Source of the DNA: Candidatus Poriferihabitaceae bacterium
GTDB taxonomy: Bacteria; Pseudomonadota; Gammaproteobacteria; Arenicellales; Poriferihabitantaceae
Direction: 5' to 3'
NCBI GenBank assembly: GCA_965237485.1
Contig: CBDEFQ010000003.1
Location: forward strand, 6,554 to 70,553
DNA: 64,000 bases
Every line of letters begins with the position of its first letter. Position 1 is the stretch's first letter. This document shows positions 59,916 through 64,000 of the stretch, one piece after another. The notes below the pieces were generated by a model. It ran no database searches. It saw only the letters and a program-made list of their open reading frames with translations, and was not told the origin of the DNA. The position numbers and the translations under genes are program-made.

Positions 59916-60385
59916 AGCGCCTGAAACTTTTTTTGTAATACTAATAATGCGGCCGTTTCAGCCAAGGCTTTATCTTTGCGGCGCAGCTGGGTTTCTAGCT
60001 TCTTCTTGTCTTTTTTTAACGCACGTATTTCATCGCGCGCAACTTTAGGGCTAATGAGAGCCTCATCAACACCATTAATACAAGCTTCTCGCCATTGCGT
60101 TATTTGAGTAGGGTATAGGCCTTTCTCTCGGCAATACGCAGATAATTCTTGTTCATTCATCGCAGCAGTTTCAAGAACTACGGTGAACTTAGTTTGGCAA
60201 TCCCACTGATTAGATGAATCACTATTAGGCATTAAAACTCCTGATCGTCTGGCTTTATTTCGCCAATCATACAAGGTTTGAACACTGATTCCTTCTTCTC
60301 TAGATATTTCTGCGAAGGACTGACTATTTGATGATAATAATTTAGATAAAACAGCTTCTCTTCGTTCTACGCTATATTTCGGCAT
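59894..60385 (-). CDS. IS3-family transposase OrfA
   Basis: 163 aa with an HTH (ISREEGISVQTLYDWRNK) and a coiled-coil C-terminus. It overlaps orfB by 22 nt, typical of -1 frameshifting. Confidence 0.8.
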   Translation of the reverse strand: MPKYSVERREAVLSKLLSSNSQSFAEISREEGISVQTLYDWRNKARRSGVLMPNSDSSNQWDCQTKFTVVLETAAMNEQELSAYCREKGLYPTQITQWREACINGVDEALISPKVARDEIRALKKDKKKLETQLRRKDKALAETAALLVLQKKFQALWEDEEV

Positions 60386-61732
60386 GAGTATTTCTCCGCC
60401 GCCCCTTGTGAATTAAAATGTGTGCAACTACCCTGACGTCTGGGGATAGCTGCAAGTGCTACTTTGGCTTTGAATTGGGGCGAATGATTTCTACGTTTTC
60501 TACTCATTTTCTGTTCCTCGTTTTGAACAATTATAAAACAGAAAATAACTCCTTATTTTGGCCTTCAACCTGTCCTAATCATGGGGTCCACTTCTAAACG
60601 AGAACACTAGAAGCGGCCTTGTCTTGGCTGTATCTCAAGGGTGTCAGCACTGGAGAAATGGGGGATGCACTGAGCGTGCTAGTGGGTCAATCAGCGACTG
60701 GGTTATCATCAAGCACAGTGAGTAAGCTCAAAGCAACGTGGTCTCAGGAGTACAAGGATTGGAATAGAGAAGGTTTAGATCGAGATCGATGGGTTTATCT
60801 ATGGGCGGACGGGATACACAGCGGCCTGCGCGGCGATGAGGGCCGGCTCTGTGCCTTAGTTGTCATCGGAGTGAATGAGCGCGGTCACAAGAAATTACTG
60901 GCGATTGAAGACGGTGAGCGAGAGTCTACGCAGAGTTGGCGAGAGGTGTTGTTGGCACTCAAGGAGCGAGGCCTGAATCAACCAGAGCTGGGCATCGGTG
61001 ATGGTGCTTTAGGCTTTTGGAATGCCCTGGAAGAAGTCTATCCTGGCACTAAACATCAACGGTGTTGGGTGCATAAAACGGCCAACGTGCTGAACAAGCT
61101 GCCTAAATCGGTGCAGCCCAAAGCAAAAGCAGCTCTGCATAACATTTGGCAGGAAGAAACCAAAGAAGCGGCGCAAAGCGCCTATCAATTATTCATTAAA
61201 ACCTGTCAAGACAAGTATCCAAAAGCCACGCAGTGCTTGGAAAAAGATCGCGAAGAGTTAATGACGTTCTACTCGTTCCCTGCCAAGCACTGGATGAGCA
61301 TAGGTACTACGAATCCAATTGAATCAACATTCGCGACTATCCGACACCGTACCAAACGATGCAAGGGATGTCTTAGCCGTGATGGCATGTTAAGTATGAT
61401 GTTCAAGCTGGGTCAGTGCGCAGAGAAAAAGTGGAACCGAATACGCGGGTTCGCCTATCTAGCAAAAGTGATTCAAGGGGTTCCATTTAAAGATGGAATA
61501 GAGCAAACTAATGACTACTCAGATCAAACCGAGGCCGCTTGAAGAAAATGCCTCATACACCAGATTCGGGCATAACTCGAGTTCTCACTCTACTAGGTTA
61601 AAGAATATTAGGACTTTTCTATGCGGATATCCCTCGATACTCATTATTAATCCAATTCATTCACTATTCAAAACACTAATTACATTCTAACTGTGCGAGA
61701 TAATAAGTGCGGACTAGTCACCACACCATCCT

Positions 61733-62815
61733 TCAAACCAGTTCCAACCATTTATCGGAAAGCTCATATTTGCGGGATTTGTTGGCGTTGCCATGTTGGG
61801 TTATAAAATCGCTATCAACCCATTTTTTGCATAAATTTAATGCTGTCCGTATATGGATATTCAATAACTCTGCTATCTCGCGGGTGGTGATATATTTACT
61901 TTTAGTGAACAGGCTCAAGACCTGTTTTTGCCTTTGATCGAGTTCACGCAAAAGTACGCTGTGATCTGTTTTCTTACCCTTGGCTACCTCGCTTGCTTTT
62001 AAGCGAACATTGGCAAATGCATCAGCCATACCCTCACAGAAATAGACAATCCATCCGGTAATATCAGCCTGCTCACGACCCATATAATAGTTGTGAGATT
62101 CACCAACAGTCAGGGCGTTGTAATAAGCTTGTAAATTCGTTGCATAATATTCTTCAAGAGAATAAATCCCTTTTAATCCATAGCCTGATTTGTGTAATAC
62201 CAAATTCGTGAGTAATCGAGCTGTTCGCCCGTTACCGTCATAATATGGATGGATTGTGGCGAATTGGTAATGCGCAATAGCGGCAATAATGGGCACAGGT
62301 AATTCCGCTTTGCTGACCTCATCATTGATCCAGTCAATCAGATTAAGCATGAGGGGTGATACATCTTTAGCTTCCGGCGGCATATAAACAATAGAGCCAC
62401 TTCCGCTGTCTTTAATCACGTTCTGACCATCACGATACGGCGAAGAACGCTTTCTACCATCCATCACTAACCCGTGCAGAGTTTGAATATTAGGTTCAGA
62501 AATTTGAGTAGCTTTGGCCTTTATAAGCGTATCAAGAAAATCTAAGGCTTGATAATAATCTTTAACCTCTCTTTCATCGCGTTCTCGATTGGGGAATGTT
62601 CCGCCATGAAGCACATCCTCCACCTGCTCCTGTGTCAGGCGGTTGCCTTCGATCTGCGTAGAATAATGTGTGGATATAAGGCGTGCGGACTCACGTAAAG
62701 ATGTTAGGACAGGTACAGTTATTGGCAAGCTTGAAACCGCCTGACGAGAGGCCTCAATATCCATCAATAATTTTGTGAGTGCCGCTGTAATTTGGAAATT
62801 AGGCGTAAATACCAT
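61733..62815 (-). CDS. fic: Fic-family protein (class II-type, with C-terminal wHTH)
   Basis: 360 aa with Fic motif HPYYDGNGRTARLL, an N-terminal inhibitory-helix-like STQIEGN and a C-terminal HTH-like tail. Confidence 0.85.
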   Translation of the reverse strand: MVFTPNFQITAALTKLLMDIEASRQAVSSLPITVPVLTSLRESARLISTHYSTQIEGNRLTQEQVEDVLHGGTFPNRERDEREVKDYYQALDFLDTLIKAKATQISEPNIQTLHGLVMDGRKRSSPYRDGQNVIKDSGSGSIVYMPPEAKDVSPLMLNLIDWINDEVSKAELPVPIIAAIAHYQFATIHPYYDGNGRTARLLTNLVLHKSGYGLKGIYSLEEYYATNLQAYYNALTVGESHNYYMGREQADITGWIVYFCEGMADAFANVRLKASEVAKGKKTDHSVLLRELDQRQKQVLSLFTKSKYITTREIAELLNIHIRTALNLCKKWVDSDFITQHGNANKSRKYELSDKWLELV

Positions 62816-63253
62816 TGAATAAGCCTTACGTTTATGATGGTTTCCATTCTAGCAAGATTCGCACAAACTTCCAATAAGATTCCAATAAACTTCGCATCTT
62901 ATAGTGCATCCAAGGGCATGCCTTGGTCGAGATTGAGCGTCGAAACGCTCACGGCATCCAATCCGCGTAGGGTTGGTCATGATTAAACTGTGGCCAGTTT
63001 ACGGTATCCAAACGGCGGACGGTTGGTGCATGGTTCAGCCCAGATGGAGAGGTATATCTCCAAGGTCTGGTCGATGGGGTTTGGGGTAGCGCGAAGGCTC
63101 CCCAATGGTGATAGAACAACCACTTGTTCGCTGGTGCAGCACCCAACTCGATGTTGGTAATGCGCCACTAAGCTCTTGCCCGAGAATGATAATTCGAGGC
63201 TTAGAGCGTCCCCGCAGGATAGAACGGACATGGAATGTCCTTCTCAAGATAGG

Positions 63254-64000
63254 TGTTGAACAGCGTGCAAAAATGAACAGTTTCGTGGGTGATCAGCGTA
63301 CAAAACTGAACACCTTTATTGTTAACTGTCTCGGAGCCATTAATCCGAGGAAACTGTCAGGTGATTTGTATGCCTATATGTACCAAGATACGACGTTTGT
63401 GTTTAGTAGAAGGTCGCAAAGTAAGCGAGGTGTCGCGTGAATTCAATTTATCACGCACCACTATTTATAAATATTTAAACAACGCGCCAAGCGAACCTGA
63501 ATATCAGCGGTCGGTGCCAATAGTCTGTCCGAAGCTGGATAAGTTCAAACCTCAGTTGATCAATTTGCTTGAAGTGGACGCAGCTCGCTCAGTGCGAGAA
63601 AGACGTAATGCAGTTCAACTGTATGAAGAGATTGAGTTGCAAGGGTATCGAGGGGCTTATGACAGCGTTCAACGGTTTGTCAAAGCGTGGAAGGATCACT
63701 CGCGGTCATGTATTAAACAAGCATCTGTGCCATTGGTTTTTGCACCAGGTGAAGCCTGTCAGTTTGATTGGTCACATGAACAAGTCATTCTGGGTGGGTT
63801 TGGTGTCAAGATCAAACTAGCCCACTTTCGTTTATGTCATTCGCGTAAATCATATCTTAGGGCCTATCCCAGAGAAACACAGGAGAGGGTGTTTGATGCA
63901 CATATTCGGGCGTTTGATTTCTTTGAGGGCTTACCTCAGAAGATGATATACGATCACCCTAAGACCATAGTCAGTGCATTGTTTAAGGGTAAGCGGCGTG
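63254..64000 (+). mobile_element. IS21-b, copy 2 (left part; runs off the window)
   Basis: Identical left end TGTTGAACAGCGTGCAAAAATGAACAG.... Confidence 0.85.
63370..64000 (+). CDS. istA: IS21-family transposase IstA (partial, apparently intact here)
   Basis: MPICTKIRRLCLVEGRKVSEVSREFNLSRTTIYKYL...APGEACQFDWSHEQVILGGFGVKIKLAHFRLCHSRKSY... reads through the site that is frameshifted in copy 1. Confidence 0.8.
   Translation, partial: MPICTKIRRLCLVEGRKVSEVSREFNLSRTTIYKYLNNAPSEPEYQRSVPIVCPKLDKFKPQLINLLEVDAARSVRERRNAVQLYEEIELQGYRGAYDSVQRFVKAWKDHSRSCIKQASVPLVFAPGEACQFDWSHEQVILGGFGVKIKLAHFRLCHSRKSYLRAYPRETQERVFDAHIRAFDFFEGLPQKMIYDHPKTIVSALFKGKRR

Larger units (their letters stand above)
58819..60444 (-). 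mobile_element. Second IS3-family element (IS3-b) nested in orfA of IS3-a copy 3; ends approximate
   Basis: IRs TCAGGGTAGTTGCACA at 58827 and 60436 (complement). GATAGC is present on both sides (58813-58818 and 60445-60450). It contains overlapping orfA and orfB. Confidence 0.75.
57701..60595 (-). mobile_element. IS3-a, copy 3 (diverged, degenerate), itself interrupted
   Basis: Termini AGAAGTGGACCC at both ends. orfB is broken into ORFs 58100-58573, 57878-58099 and 57753-57977. orfA is split by another IS. Confidence 0.85.
57346..61542 (+). pseudogene. IS256-a transposase split after ...VPPYVRK
   Basis: N-terminal ORF 57346-57735 and C-terminal ORF 60619-61542 align to ORF 3663-4961. The break is at 57700/60596 with a 3-bp AAA duplication. 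Confidence 0.9.
57287..61578 (+). mobile_element. IS256-a, copy 2, interrupted by nested IS3-type elements
   Basis: Same IRs as copy 1. The flanks read CTGAGTTC / (TC)GAGTTC. Confidence 0.85.

Noticed and set aside
62900-63252. Minus-strand fragments (...IYLSIWAEPCTNRPPFGYRKLATV...) resembling the N-terminal part of an IS3-family OrfB (P.FGYRR motif)
   Set aside because: The similarity is short and broken by stops and frameshifts. Without a database search I cannot support it as a feature. It is plausibly an IS relic truncated by IS21-b copy 2.

Overview
Chromosomal window with gammaproteobacterial gene order: ffh/ypjD-like, tsaB-yoaA, rmlD-rmlC, dnaJ-dnaK-grpE, hrcA/nadK-recN-bamE, greA-carB-carA-dapB and kdsD-lptC-lptA-lptB. 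It is heavily colonised by mobile DNA. Summing my element coordinates, about 27 of 64 kb is IS or MITE sequence from about ten element types: two IS3-type, two IS256-type, one IS5-type, two IS21-type, one IS66-type, one IS1595-type, one rve-type ISNCY-like element and a 162-163 bp MITE in five copies. Several are nested inside each other. From 41.9 kb to the window end I recognise no housekeeping gene. That stretch carries a complete type II-C CRISPR-Cas locus: a divergent tracrRNA candidate, cas9 with intact RuvC/HNH motifs, cas1, cas2, and 13 repeats with 12 spacers. It also carries a roughly 35-codon relic of a type I-F cas1 and a class II Fic gene. Four points stand out. (1) A MITE sits in the last codons of cas1, rewriting its C-terminus and separating it from cas2. 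(2) The array is truncated inside a repeat, yet each repeat may carry its own promoter. (3) An IS1595-family transporter IS carries a tightly overlapped methyltransferase/endonuclease pair and is inserted in hrcA, which also has a nonsense and a frameshift mutation. (4) Two convergent, homologous but TIR-divergent, highly structured elements of about 260-270 bp lie between rmlC and dnaJ, and I cannot assign them to a known class. All coordinates and motifs were read by eye from the sequence and the ORF track. No database search was possible.
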